DNA of 64,000 bases from a virus. Each line of letters starts with the position of its first letter. The stretch's first letter is position 1. Positions 33,940 to 42,387 of this stretch are shown in pieces. A program made the position numbers and the translations under genes. The stretch lies in IMG/VR virus record IMGVR_UViG_3300045988_165521. One strand, 5' to 3'. Below the pieces are notes generated by a model that did no database searches, was not told where the DNA came from, and saw nothing but the letters and a program-made list of their open reading frames with translations.

Positions 33940-34235
33940 CTTAAATCAAAAAATTATGATTATACCTCCAAATTTTTTAGTTAAAACTATTCCACTATAT
34001 AGTGAAGGAGATGTATCTACTCCACATGTAGTAATAAATTATCTTACAAGAAGTCTATTTTTATTCTTTTAAAATTTCCTCCGAATTGGAAATTGATAAA
34101 AGTTAAAGAAATAAAAGATAGAATTTTTATTAAAAATCTTGATTATAAGATGACTATGGGTCTTATGGAAGCAAAACGAATTGTAGATGAATTAACTATA
34201 GAATATGATATGAATAATATCTATAGAATACGATT

Positions 34236-34307
34236 GGTAGAATAGCCAAGTTGATAAGGCAGTGGTCTGCAACACCACGATCGCAGGTTTGAGTCCTGCT
34301 TCTACCT
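34236..34307 (+). tRNA. tRNA-Cys(GCA)
   Basis: Acceptor GGTAGAA/TTCTACC. Anticodon arm is GTGGT-CTGCAAC-ACCAC, T arm is GCAGG-TTTGAGT-CCTGC. Confidence 0.9.
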
Positions 34308-34310
34308 CTA

Positions 34311-34383
34311 AGCGAGTTGGAGAAGATGGTTACCTCGAGAGTTTCATAAGCTCTAGACCTCGGTTCAAATCCGAGACTCGCTA
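34311..34383 (+). tRNA. tRNA-Met(CAT), elongator-like
   Basis: Acceptor AGCGAGT/ACTCGCT. Anticodon arm is AGAGT-TTCATAA-GCTCT, T arm is CTCGG-TTCAAAT-CCGAG. Confidence 0.85.
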
Positions 34384-34400
34384 CACAAAATTTTAAAGTT

Positions 34401-34718
34401 ATGAGAAATATATTTAACGTACTTATATGGAATTTTAATACACAAACAATAGAAGAATATAATGTTATTCCATATTTTGTAAGAGAATGGAAAGAAGAAA
34501 AAGATAAATCTAAATTTAAGTCTTTTGATGATATTAAAGAATTTGTTAGAAGTAAATCTTTATATCAATTCTGGTCTCGATGTGAATATGAAATGATTGT
34601 TAAAGGATGGCCTGTAACTAAAAGAGAAATTAAATTAGATGTACATGAACAAATCATGATGAATCTTGATTTAGTTACACAAGTTTTTATAAATACTATT
34701 GGATGGAAAGTAAAGTAA
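34401..34718 (+). CDS. hypothetical protein (105 aa)
   Basis: ORF-track ORF. Confidence 0.55.
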   Translation: MRNIFNVLIWNFNTQTIEEYNVIPYFVREWKEEKDKSKFKSFDDIKEFVRSKSLYQFWSRCEYEMIVKGWPVTKREIKLDVHEQIMMNLDLVTQVFINTIGWKVK

Positions 34719-34867
34719 AGAATATTTTGTTACTTTTAGAACAAAATGGATGATCTGATCTTATCGATAGTCGATGGGAACAACAGGTTAGAGAGGAAAT
34801 ATTAACAGCTTATCCTGATATTGATATAGATACTTTAGATAAGGTATTAGAAATTGTATTAATTTAA
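34703..34867 (+). CDS. small ORF (54 aa) readable only with TGA=Trp
   Basis: Translation is MESKVKNILLLLEQNG[W]SDLIDSRWEQQVREEILTAYPDIDIDTLDKVLEIVLI. It fills an otherwise empty gap. Confidence 0.35.
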
Positions 34868-34879
34868 TTAGGATTACAA

Positions 34880-35155
34880 GTGAAAATAATTGTAAGTCCA
34901 GTTGACTATAATCACGATGAAACTGCAATTATATTTTACTGTAGAGCAAAAGATCGTGAGGATTATATGCGAGTATATGGTATTTTTGATACAGAACAAT
35001 TTGAAATTATTGAATCAAGAATTACTGATATAACTATTTTTAGAAAAATGGTTGAAAAACTTAACGATTTTGGATTTGAAAATGAAAAATATAAAGAAAA
35101 TAATCCTAATTTTGATATTAATATTGTTAAGCTCATGTGCAACAACAAAGTTTAA
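34880..35155 (+). CDS. hypothetical protein (91 aa), GTG start
   Basis: ORF-track ORF. Confidence 0.45.
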   Translation: MKIIVSPVDYNHDETAIIFYCRAKDREDYMRVYGIFDTEQFEIIESRITDITIFRKMVEKLNDFGFENEKYKENNPNFDINIVKLMCNNKV

Positions 35156-35221
35156 CTTAATGGTTGGTCCTACAGGTGAGGAACAGAAAACATATATAGA
35201 AAATATAAAACAGTATAAATA

Positions 35222-35470
35222 ATGATAATTATTATTTTCATTTTATTTTATTTACTTCCTATATTTTTAATTCATATCGTTGGATTATATTTTTGGAAGA
35301 AGCGCACTGATTGTGGGAAAACAATAGGAGATATGTATGAATATTATGATGCAGCTGATGGAAATCCTTTAGTAATTTTTACTTGGGTTCCTCTCGCTAA
35401 TATTTTTATATTATTAGCAGGACTTATTATATTTTTTATAAATTTAATGAGTAATATAAAAATTCGATAG
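35222..35470 (+). CDS. two-TM membrane protein, paralog of the next gene
   Basis: ORF-track ORF. It shares its layout and the I[GE].(M/I)(Y/F)EY(Y/W) motif with 35472..35735. Confidence 0.55.
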   Translation: MIIIIFILFYLLPIFLIHIVGLYFWKKRTDCGKTIGDMYEYYDAADGNPLVIFTWVPLANIFILLAGLIIFFINLMSNIKIR

Positions 35471-35471
35471 G

Positions 35472-35735
35472 ATGTATACTTTTTTTGTTATTATTTTATG
35501 TTATATTATTCCTGTATTTATTAATGCTTTTCTTTTTGTTTTTGCTTATAAAGTAAGTCATAAAGAAAAGATTGCTATTGGAAAAATATTTGAATATTGG
35601 AATGATAAGTTTAGGGATAGTGATGGTGATAGTAGTCTTTGTCTATTTCTTTTTATTCCTGGAATGAATATACTATTTATACTCTATACCTTTTTCTTAT
35701 CATTGTATAACATATTTAAAAATATAGAAGTCTAA
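35472..35735 (+). CDS. two-TM membrane protein, paralog of the previous gene
   Basis: ORF-track ORF. Confidence 0.55.
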   Translation: MYTFFVIILCYIIPVFINAFLFVFAYKVSHKEKIAIGKIFEYWNDKFRDSDGDSSLCLFLFIPGMNILFILYTFFLSLYNIFKNIEV

Positions 35736-36115
35736 TGTTTACTTTTATTACAGGTCTAATTGCAGTTTTGGTATGTGGAGCTCTTATAGGATATGAACGA
35801 CAATTTAAATCTAAAATAATTGGAATTAGAACCTGTATATTAATTATGTTAGGTTCTTTTGTTTTTACATATATCTCAATTAAAATAGGTGGAGATCCGT
35901 CTAGAGTTGCTGCACAAATTGCTTCTGGTGTTGGTTTTATTGGCGCAGGTATAATATTTAAGAATGGAATTGATGATATTCGGCATTTAACTACAGCTGT
36001 ATTAGTTTGGGTATTAGCGGCTTTAGGTAGTTTAATTTCTCTTGGATATTTATTTGAATCGTTAATGATAACTGGAATAATCTATATAATCCTTAAAATA
36101 AAAATACTAAAATGA
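35735..36115 (+). CDS. MgtC/SapB-family membrane protein
   Basis: CGALIGYERQFKSKIIGIRTCILIMLGS...IASGVGFIGAGIIFK matches the MgtC N-terminal domain pattern. Its TGA stop overlaps the next ATG. Confidence 0.7.
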   Translation: MFTFITGLIAVLVCGALIGYERQFKSKIIGIRTCILIMLGSFVFTYISIKIGGDPSRVAAQIASGVGFIGAGIIFKNGIDDIRHLTTAVLVWVLAALGSLISLGYLFESLMITGIIYIILKIKILK

Positions 36116-36369
36116 ACAAAATTGAAAAGCTGTACAGGTCTATGTATGAAAATGAATTACGTAAACTAAGAAAATGTGCAGAATCTGTTCAAAAACCTTC
36201 TCAATATGTTGTATTTAAAGCATGGAGTAAGGAAGTAATGGCTTACTTGTTTTTTAAAATAGATCGTTTAGATTATACTTGGGAATGGGAATATAAGGAT
36301 AAAATTGCAATGTTTATTCAGGATTGTCAAGAAATTGCTTTGCGAAAAGTAAAACTTAGTTCTAAATGA
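36112..36369 (+). CDS. hypothetical protein (85 aa)
   Basis: ORF-track ORF with a TGA stop in an ATGA overlap. It has a paralog immediately downstream. Confidence 0.55.
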   Translation: MNKIEKLYRSMYENELRKLRKCAESVQKPSQYVVFKAWSKEVMAYLFFKIDRLDYTWEWEYKDKIAMFIQDCQEIALRKVKLSSK

Positions 36370-36613
36370 CAGAAGAAAGAAAACTTTGGTTATCAATATG
36401 TAATAATGATTTAAAGAAATTAGAAGCTTGTGCTGAATCTATTCAAACTGAAATTCAAAGAAATGTGTTTTGAATTGGAGCGAAAAGGTAAAGTGGAATA
36501 TTATCTTTAAATTAGATAAAGCTACTCGTTGGGGGCATAGTCCTCATAGAAGAGAAATTTCTTATATTATTTCTGTATATCAACAAAGAGTTAGAGAAAT
36601 GATGCTAGAATAA
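36366..36613 (+). pseudogene. frameshifted paralog of 36112..36369 (break at a T4 run)
   Basis: The ATG frame gives MTEERKLWLSICNNDLKKLEACAESIQTEIQRNVF and then TGA. The -1 frame continues LNWSEKVKWNIIFKLDKATRWGHSPHRREISYIISVYQQRVREMMLE, which aligns with the paralog. One extra T at 36468-36471 would restore a single ORF. Confidence 0.5.
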
Positions 36614-36626
36614 ATATTAATGGTTT

Positions 36627-36698
36627 GCGTCGTTGGTGTTAGTGATAGCATATTAGACTTCCAATCTAAAGGGGAGAGTTTGAATCTCTTACGACGCT
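36627..36698 (+). tRNA. tRNA-Gly(TCC)
   Basis: Acceptor GCGTCGT/ACGACGC. Anticodon arm is TTAGA-CTTCCAA-TCTAA, T arm is GAGAG-TTTGAAT-CTCTT. Confidence 0.9.
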
Positions 36699-36720
36699 CT
36701 AAAGTGAATAATGAATATTG

Positions 36721-37449
36721 ATGAAAACTATTAAAGAACTTTCAGATAGACAAATTAAACTTGCGTGAATTAGTAGTAAAAGTTTATATGAAATTTGTAA
36801 AAAATTAGAAATTCACGATAATACTTATAATAGAAAATATTTAAGAGTTTGAGGAGTTAAGGAAGGACTAAAAATTCCTGTTTTTACACGATTTACTAAA
36901 ACAGATTATATAAAAAATCCTAAATTGTGTAAAAAATGTAAAAAACCTATTCCTTGAAATCAAAGAGAAAATAACTTCTGTTCTCACTCTTGTGCAACTA
37001 GTTATACAAATATAAAAAGAGGTGCTATAACTAGTGGTAAATATGTCAAAAATGCAACTAGTAAATGCTTAAATTGTGGAAAGGAAATTTTTGCAAGAAA
37101 TAAATATTGTAGTATTATTTGTCAAGTTGAATTTAAATATAAGGAGTATATTCAAAGGTGGAAAGACGGGAAAGAAACAGGAATGTCTGGTACAGATGGT
37201 CTTTCAAATCATATAAGAAAATATTTATTAGATAAGACTAATTATACTTGTGAAATTCCAGGGTGTGGATGCAATTTTATTAATCCTTATACTGGATTAT
37301 CTATTTTGCAAATTCATCATATAGATGGAGATGCAACTAATAATAAAGAGCAAAATCTTCAGGTTTTATGTCCTAATCATCATGCTATGACAGAACATTT
37401 TGGCTCCAGAAATAAAAATAGTACTAGAAAGTATCGTTATAAAAAGTAA
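36721..37449 (+). mobile_element. HNH homing-endonuclease-like gene, copy 1 (242 aa, three in-frame TGA)
   Basis: A 243-codon frame is broken only by TGA. It contains the HNH motif LQIHHIDGDATNNKEQNLQVLCPNHH, Cys4 zinc-ribbon pairs and an N-terminal HTH-like region. It starts 22 nt after tRNA-Gly. Confidence 0.8.
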
Positions 37450-37476
37450 TTACCCACTCTAATAAATTTTAAAAAC

Positions 37477-38346
37477 ATGAAATCCTTATCTAAAATTTTT
37501 AATGCAATATATTTGTGTATAAGATTTCCATTCTTATATCCAAGAAATAGATTTTCAGATAAACATACAGTTTATATAAGATGGATGTCTAATTTAGTAT
37601 ACAAATACTATAGTAAGTCTTATTATGATATCAGTTTAGCTTATAAGTTTTATAAAGATCCTCAAGAATGTACTACTATTACAAAGCAAGTAATCTTCAA
37701 GGATAAATACAATTTTAAAGCAAGGCTTATACGTAATAATACTATTTTAAGATTTTATAGTGATATATTGAAAGAACCTTATGATTTTAATATACAAAAG
37801 TATGTGGGTGATAATTTTAAGATTTCAGGAATTACTGTAAGTAAATCAACCTTCAATAATATACCTGTTTTATATTATCATATACATAAAAAGGAAGTTA
37901 CTAATACTAATTATGGATTTAGTTATAAGAAGTTAGAATTTGTAGCTGATACCAAAAGTGTCAAGATCTATACTATTCTAAACTATATTTACGAAAATAT
38001 AATTCCTAAAATTTGTTTTATTCCAACTTATACAGAACTTAATAGTATGCCAATTGGTTGGAGAAAAGCATTTGGCATTCAAATGTGTAAAGAAATAAAA
38101 CAAGCTCTTAAAAAGCATAATTATTTATATAATTATAGAATTATGCAGATTAAAGAGAAGTACGGTTCTCTTCGTTGGTATGATGCAGGAGCTCCAGAAG
38201 AAATACAGACTATAATTAATAAGTATGAAGATATTTCTTATCATACATGTATAAGTTGTGGAAAACCTGCTAAATATTTAAGTACAGGGTGGATATGTCC
38301 TTATTGTGAAAAATGTGCTCCAAGGGGCAGTAAGTTAATGAAATAA
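37477..38346 (+). CDS. hypothetical protein with a C-terminal zinc ribbon (289 aa)
   Basis: ORF-track ORF containing CISCGKPAKYLSTGWICPYCEKC. Confidence 0.65.
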   Translation: MKSLSKIFNAIYLCIRFPFLYPRNRFSDKHTVYIRWMSNLVYKYYSKSYYDISLAYKFYKDPQECTTITKQVIFKDKYNFKARLIRNNTILRFYSDILKEPYDFNIQKYVGDNFKISGITVSKSTFNNIPVLYYHIHKKEVTNTNYGFSYKKLEFVADTKSVKIYTILNYIYENIIPKICFIPTYTELNSMPIGWRKAFGIQMCKEIKQALKKHNYLYNYRIMQIKEKYGSLRWYDAGAPEEIQTIINKYEDISYHTCISCGKPAKYLSTGWICPYCEKCAPRGSKLMK

Positions 38347-38678
38347 TGACTTTTAAAGAATTTTGTAAAGAACTATTAGAGGAGTATGGATATATAATAT
38401 TTCAATATGATAGTGTTATTTCTTTTACTCAAACTTTTCCTGATACAACTTGTGGATTAGGTGGAATAGGAGGACAAGCATTTACTGATGCTCAAATATT
38501 TATATTTGTTGATCAAAGTAATAGAAATGCTATTGTAATTGGTCCTGCATGGAGTTATTACATAGAAGGTATTACTGAAAAATTTTCAGTAGATTGTTGT
38601 AACCATCATATGGCTGGAATTAATAATATTGCAAGAATTAAAAAATATGGTGACATTAAAGAAATTAAAAGAGCTTAA
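38346..38678 (+). CDS. hypothetical protein (110 aa)
   Basis: ORF-track ORF with a TAATG overlap. Confidence 0.55.
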   Translation: MTFKEFCKELLEEYGYIIFQYDSVISFTQTFPDTTCGLGGIGGQAFTDAQIFIFVDQSNRNAIVIGPAWSYYIEGITEKFSVDCCNHHMAGINNIARIKKYGDIKEIKRA

Positions 38679-39051
38679 GCAGATTAAGCGAGATAATAAG
38701 GTAATTTATAATTTGTTAAATACTATCATTGGAGAGTGTGAACAGATTAGTAAAGATCCTTCTTGTAGTCAGGTTATGGATGTTATACAGAAAATGTATA
38801 AAGATAATAAACAGACTATTAGTGAATGTTCGGTGGATAGAGTTGATCAACTTAATACCCTAAACGAAGAAAATGCTTTCCTTGAGAGTTATTTACCTCA
38901 ACCTCTTACTAAGGAGGAATTAACTGCACTTATTGGTTCACAATTAACTGCAGGTAACAATATGTCAAAAATTATGAAATATCTTTCAGAAGAATATAAA
39001 GGAAGATATGATGGCAAAGTTGCAGTAGAAATTATTAAATCCTTACAATAA
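38629..39051 (+). CDS. GatB/YqeY-domain-like protein
   Basis: YLPQPLTKEELTALIGSQLTAGNNMSKIMKYLSEEYKGRYDGKVAVEIIKSL follows the YqeY C-terminal pattern. An alternative start is at 38647. Confidence 0.6.
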   Translation: MQELKNMVTLKKLKELKQIKRDNKVIYNLLNTIIGECEQISKDPSCSQVMDVIQKMYKDNKQTISECSVDRVDQLNTLNEENAFLESYLPQPLTKEELTALIGSQLTAGNNMSKIMKYLSEEYKGRYDGKVAVEIIKSLQ

Positions 39052-39413
39052 TGTTAATTGTATTTATTATAATATTCATAGCTTTATATGAACTAATAAC
39101 AGTTATGTATTATGAAAGTCTTAAGATAAGACTTGTCAAAGTAGGCGCTTTTATAGATCATCTTAATACTTTTGGTTCTACAGAAGATAAACAAATTTTC
39201 TATAAGTTTTTAAAAGAAGTTAATACAGAATCTATTAGATGCAATGCTAAACTTGATATAACTATAGAAAATGCAAGTAAACCTGAACTTTGGTACAGAT
39301 ATCCTTCAAATCCTAATACCTTTAAAGAGTGTTTCAAACTTTTTAATTTATGTTTTTATCGAAATGTAGTTAAAGATTCAGTTGATAAAATAATTAACTG
39401 GTTTAAGAAATAA
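39051..39413 (+). CDS. membrane-anchored hypothetical protein (120 aa)
   Basis: ORF-track ORF. Confidence 0.55.
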   Translation: MLIVFIIIFIALYELITVMYYESLKIRLVKVGAFIDHLNTFGSTEDKQIFYKFLKEVNTESIRCNAKLDITIENASKPELWYRYPSNPNTFKECFKLFNLCFYRNVVKDSVDKIINWFKK

Positions 39414-39417
39414 AAAT

Positions 39418-39636
39418 ATGAAATTTTTACTTTGTCTAATTTGTTTAATTACAGTTAGTTGTAATGCTGTAATTGATCCTAAGTCAGAAACTATAAGATC
39501 TGAAGATGGATACTATATTGGTACTGCACATAAATTTAAGTTTGAAGGACATGATTATATTAGTTTTACTAAAGGTCATGGTGTAGCAGTTGTTCATAAT
39601 CCTAAATGTCATTGTAATCTAAATGAAGACTATTAA
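39418..39636 (+). CDS. putative lipoprotein, paralog of 15454..15696
   Basis: Signal peptide with LITVSC and a shared C-terminal Cys/His pattern. Confidence 0.6.
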   Translation: MKFLLCLICLITVSCNAVIDPKSETIRSEDGYYIGTAHKFKFEGHDYISFTKGHGVAVVHNPKCHCNLNEDY

Positions 39637-39811
39637 AACATATTGCCCAGAATGTGACAAAGAAACAGTTCATATAATTTGGACGGAGGATGCATATGGA
39701 GCTTCTGGTGTAGCTAGAATCTTTTCAACTTTACTTTCTGTTGGAATGTCAAACTTAGCTTGTACTACATACAGTAAGTGTATTAGTTGTGGAAATACTA
39801 AAGAATTATAA
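39623..39811 (+). CDS. zinc-ribbon small protein (62 aa)
   Basis: Contains CPECDK...CISCGN. Confidence 0.5.
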   Translation: MKTIKTYCPECDKETVHIIWTEDAYGASGVARIFSTLLSVGMSNLACTTYSKCISCGNTKEL

Positions 39812-39812
39812 A

Positions 39813-40076
39813 ATGATTAATGACCAAATTAAAAAGTTAGCTAATAAAAAGATTCCATTATATAATAACTCTTCTAGTTTATATGATATTTTGGATTGGC
39901 TGCGGGAGAAAAAATTCCTACATGTAGAGATACAATGGTATCCTCATGGTTGGATGTTTGTTATTTATAAAATTGATTCTCAAGAGGATGAACCATATGA
40001 TACTTTCTCTGAAGTATATACTAGTTATCTAAATTGTTTAGAAGCTGGAATTATAAGAGCATTAAATATTATATAA
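39813..40076 (+). CDS. hypothetical protein, paralog pair member 1
   Basis: The track start 39789 is GTG; the ATG is at 39813. LYDILDWLREKKFLHVEIQWYPHGW parallels the next gene. Confidence 0.55.
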   Translation: MINDQIKKLANKKIPLYNNSSSLYDILDWLREKKFLHVEIQWYPHGWMFVIYKIDSQEDEPYDTFSEVYTSYLNCLEAGIIRALNII

Positions 40077-40078
40077 TT

Positions 40079-40294
40079 ATGAAAAATACAGGTTTACATG
40101 ATATTCTGGATGAACTAAGAGATAAAGAGTCTTTACATGTAGAAATCGGATGGCATCCTAATGGATATGCATACTCTATTTATAGAATTAATAGGCGAGA
40201 TACAGAGCCGTGTTATGCTTCTTCTGAAAGATACCATAATTATCGGGAATGCTTAGGAGCGGCAATTGTAAAAGCAATGAACTTGGCGGATTAA
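40079..40294 (+). CDS. hypothetical protein, paralog pair member 2
   Basis: ATG at 40079. Contains LHDILDELRDKESLHVEIGWHPNGY. Confidence 0.55.
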   Translation: MKNTGLHDILDELRDKESLHVEIGWHPNGYAYSIYRINRRDTEPCYASSERYHNYRECLGAAIVKAMNLAD

Positions 40295-40299
40295 TAAAA

Positions 40300-40719
40300 A
40301 TGAAAACATTACTTTGGGTGGACGATGCTCGTAATCCTCTTGAGAATGATTGGTTAAATTTTAGTCCTATCGGTCGAAACTGTTTTGTAATATGGGCGCA
40401 AACTTATCAAGAAGCAATACAATTTCTTGAAAAAGACTGGCCTGATGCAATTTGTCTTGATCACGATTTAGGAGAAGAAGAAAGCGGTTATGATATAGCT
40501 AAATATATTGTAAATCGTTGTATTGATGAGGGAAAGAAACTTCCATTATTTGCAAGTCAATCTGCAAATCCTGTAGGTAGAGAGAATATCTTAAGATTGT
40601 TTAAAAATTATCAAAAACAGGAATTATTAGAACATGTTCAAGAAGCAGTTCAATATAAACATGATTGGTTAAATGCTGTTGAAAATGGTACAGAAATTCC
40701 CAAAAAGAGACGAATGTAG
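40300..40719 (+). CDS. receiver (REC)-like fold protein
   Basis: MKTLLWVDDARNP...ICLDHDLGEEESGYDIAKYIV has the acidic-pocket spacing of receiver-type domains. The ATG is at 40300. Confidence 0.5.
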   Translation: MKTLLWVDDARNPLENDWLNFSPIGRNCFVIWAQTYQEAIQFLEKDWPDAICLDHDLGEEESGYDIAKYIVNRCIDEGKKLPLFASQSANPVGRENILRLFKNYQKQELLEHVQEAVQYKHDWLNAVENGTEIPKKRRM

Positions 40720-41032
40720 AATTCTTTATCATATAACCTTAAAAGAAAATTTAGATAGTATTTTAGATAAAGGACTTATTCCAGATATTGGTTCTCAGTG
40801 TACTCATTGTAAAAATGATAATCCAACTGAGAAGTTAGTTTATATGACTGATTTAGAAGGAATTGCTAAATGGAAGAAAGCGTTATATGGTAATAGTAAT
40901 TCTTGTGTAATTCTTGAAGTTAATACTCTTAATCTTGAAATAATCTATCGCAGAAAGTTTGTTGAAGGAACTGAATATGCATGTAAAGAAACTATTTTAC
41001 CTGACAGATTAAAGATTATAACTCTTAAATGA
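40673..41032 (+). CDS. hypothetical protein (119 aa)
   Basis: ORF-track ORF. Its TGA stop is in an ATGA overlap with the next gene. Confidence 0.5.
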   Translation: MLLKMVQKFPKRDECRILYHITLKENLDSILDKGLIPDIGSQCTHCKNDNPTEKLVYMTDLEGIAKWKKALYGNSNSCVILEVNTLNLEIIYRRKFVEGTEYACKETILPDRLKIITLK

Positions 41033-41217
41033 AAAATTTTATTCAACATGTTGTTTATAGTCATAGAGAGGGATTACGTTGGTACTTTAAATCAACAGAG
41101 CGTAAAGGTACATTTGTAATTTCTTTATATCCTTGGGATATTAGACTTTTAAAATATGGACTTTATTTACTAATTCCACCTCTTAAAGAGACTCATATTA
41201 AAGGCAACTGGAATTAA
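41029..41217 (+). CDS. hypothetical protein (62 aa)
   Basis: ORF-track ORF. Confidence 0.45.
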   Translation: MKNFIQHVVYSHREGLRWYFKSTERKGTFVISLYPWDIRLLKYGLYLLIPPLKETHIKGNWN

Positions 41218-41226
41218 AAAAGGTAT

Positions 41227-41309
41227 GCCCACGCAGCAGAGTTGGAGATCTGCACGAAACTGTAAATTTCGCGTCTCAGACTAATGAGGTTCGAATCCTC
41301 ACGGGGGCA
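41227..41309 (+). tRNA. tRNA-Tyr(GTA), class II
   Basis: Acceptor GCCCACG/CGGGGGC. Anticodon arm is CGAAA-CTGTAAA-TTTCG, with a 13-nt variable arm and T arm TGAGG-TTCGAAT-CCTCA. Confidence 0.9.
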
Positions 41310-41332
41310 CAAAATAATAAAAATTGCAAATA

Positions 41333-41854
41333 ATGAAAAATTTTCAAGTAACTTCAAAAGAAGATAATCAAAAATACTGGATTTCGAGGTCTTGTGCAGT
41401 TGCTATGTTTCTATTTTCTAGAGATAAATTTGGAAACTTATGTATTTTAGCAAATAAACGTGGTACTGGAACTCCTGATTTTCAAGGATATTGGAATTGT
41501 CCTTGTGGTTATATAGACTTTGATGAAACTGGAGAAGATGCCGTTTGCAGAGAAATTATGGAAGAAACAGGATATGTAATTACTCCTGAAGTTCCTAAAT
41601 TTGTAGAGGTTGAAACAAGTCCAAAGGCTAATAAGCAAAATATTACTCTTAGATATACTGCTTTAGTACCTTATAAATTACTTTCTCAAGTTAAACCTAT
41701 TGGAGGCGAAGATAATGAAGTTGAAGAGGTTAAATGGATTGATATAAGAAAATTAAACAACTATAAATGGGCATTTAATCACAACAAAATAATTGAAAGA
41801 ATTATACTTTTAAAACAATATATACAAAATGACAGACATAAACACTTTAGCTAA
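41333..41854 (+). CDS. NUDIX hydrolase
   Basis: The Nudix box is GYIDFDETGEDAVCREIMEETGY. The track start 41324 is TTG; the ATG is at 41333. Confidence 0.85.
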   Translation: MKNFQVTSKEDNQKYWISRSCAVAMFLFSRDKFGNLCILANKRGTGTPDFQGYWNCPCGYIDFDETGEDAVCREIMEETGYVITPEVPKFVEVETSPKANKQNITLRYTALVPYKLLSQVKPIGGEDNEVEEVKWIDIRKLNNYKWAFNHNKIIERIILLKQYIQNDRHKHFS

Positions 41855-42386
41855 AAGTGGTTGGTATGAAACTAATCACGATAAGTATAAGTATGTTTAC
41901 TTAGAGCTTGATTATAGTAAAAAAATTAACAAGTTTGTATTTTCAGGCTGTTTAAGCCCTCAAGGGTTAGCTTATTTTCCACTTCCTAATCAAATTTATA
42001 GAGAACCAGATAGTGGAAATATGTTTTGTATCCCTTTTACATTATTTTCGCTTGTAAAATTTTGTGACGGGACTTTACTTCCACTAGTTTTAACTGAAGA
42101 CTTAGTAAAAAGGTACGCAGATCCTGAAAATATTGTTCTAACTTCTTTATGTATTAATATCTCTCGTTATGCAAGTAGTTTAGACTTTAGTACTATTCAT
42201 CTTACTCGAGATACTCCTTTAAGAAATCTCTTGAGTGAAGAGGCATTAAGAGTTGTTACTGGTAGTATGTTTGATTATTTTATGATAAGTGTATTAGAAC
42301 ATAAGAAGGAGTTTGATGAGCTTAACACTTCTCATTCAAATATAGAGTCTTTCATTAAGGTAATCTTAAAAATAATAGACTTATAA
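41829..42386 (+). CDS. hypothetical protein (185 aa)
   Basis: ORF-track ORF. Confidence 0.6.
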   Translation: MTDINTLAKSGWYETNHDKYKYVYLELDYSKKINKFVFSGCLSPQGLAYFPLPNQIYREPDSGNMFCIPFTLFSLVKFCDGTLLPLVLTEDLVKRYADPENIVLTSLCINISRYASSLDFSTIHLTRDTPLRNLLSEEALRVVTGSMFDYFMISVLEHKKEFDELNTSHSNIESFIKVILKIIDL

Positions 42387-42387
42387 A

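Noticed and set aside
36461-36475. Programmed -1 ribosomal frameshift at GTG TTT TGA joining the two halves of 36366..36613.
   Set aside because: There is no X XXY YYZ slippery heptamer and the required -1 re-pairing would be poor. A simple T4/T5 indel explains the shift. It is kept as a frameshifted paralog.
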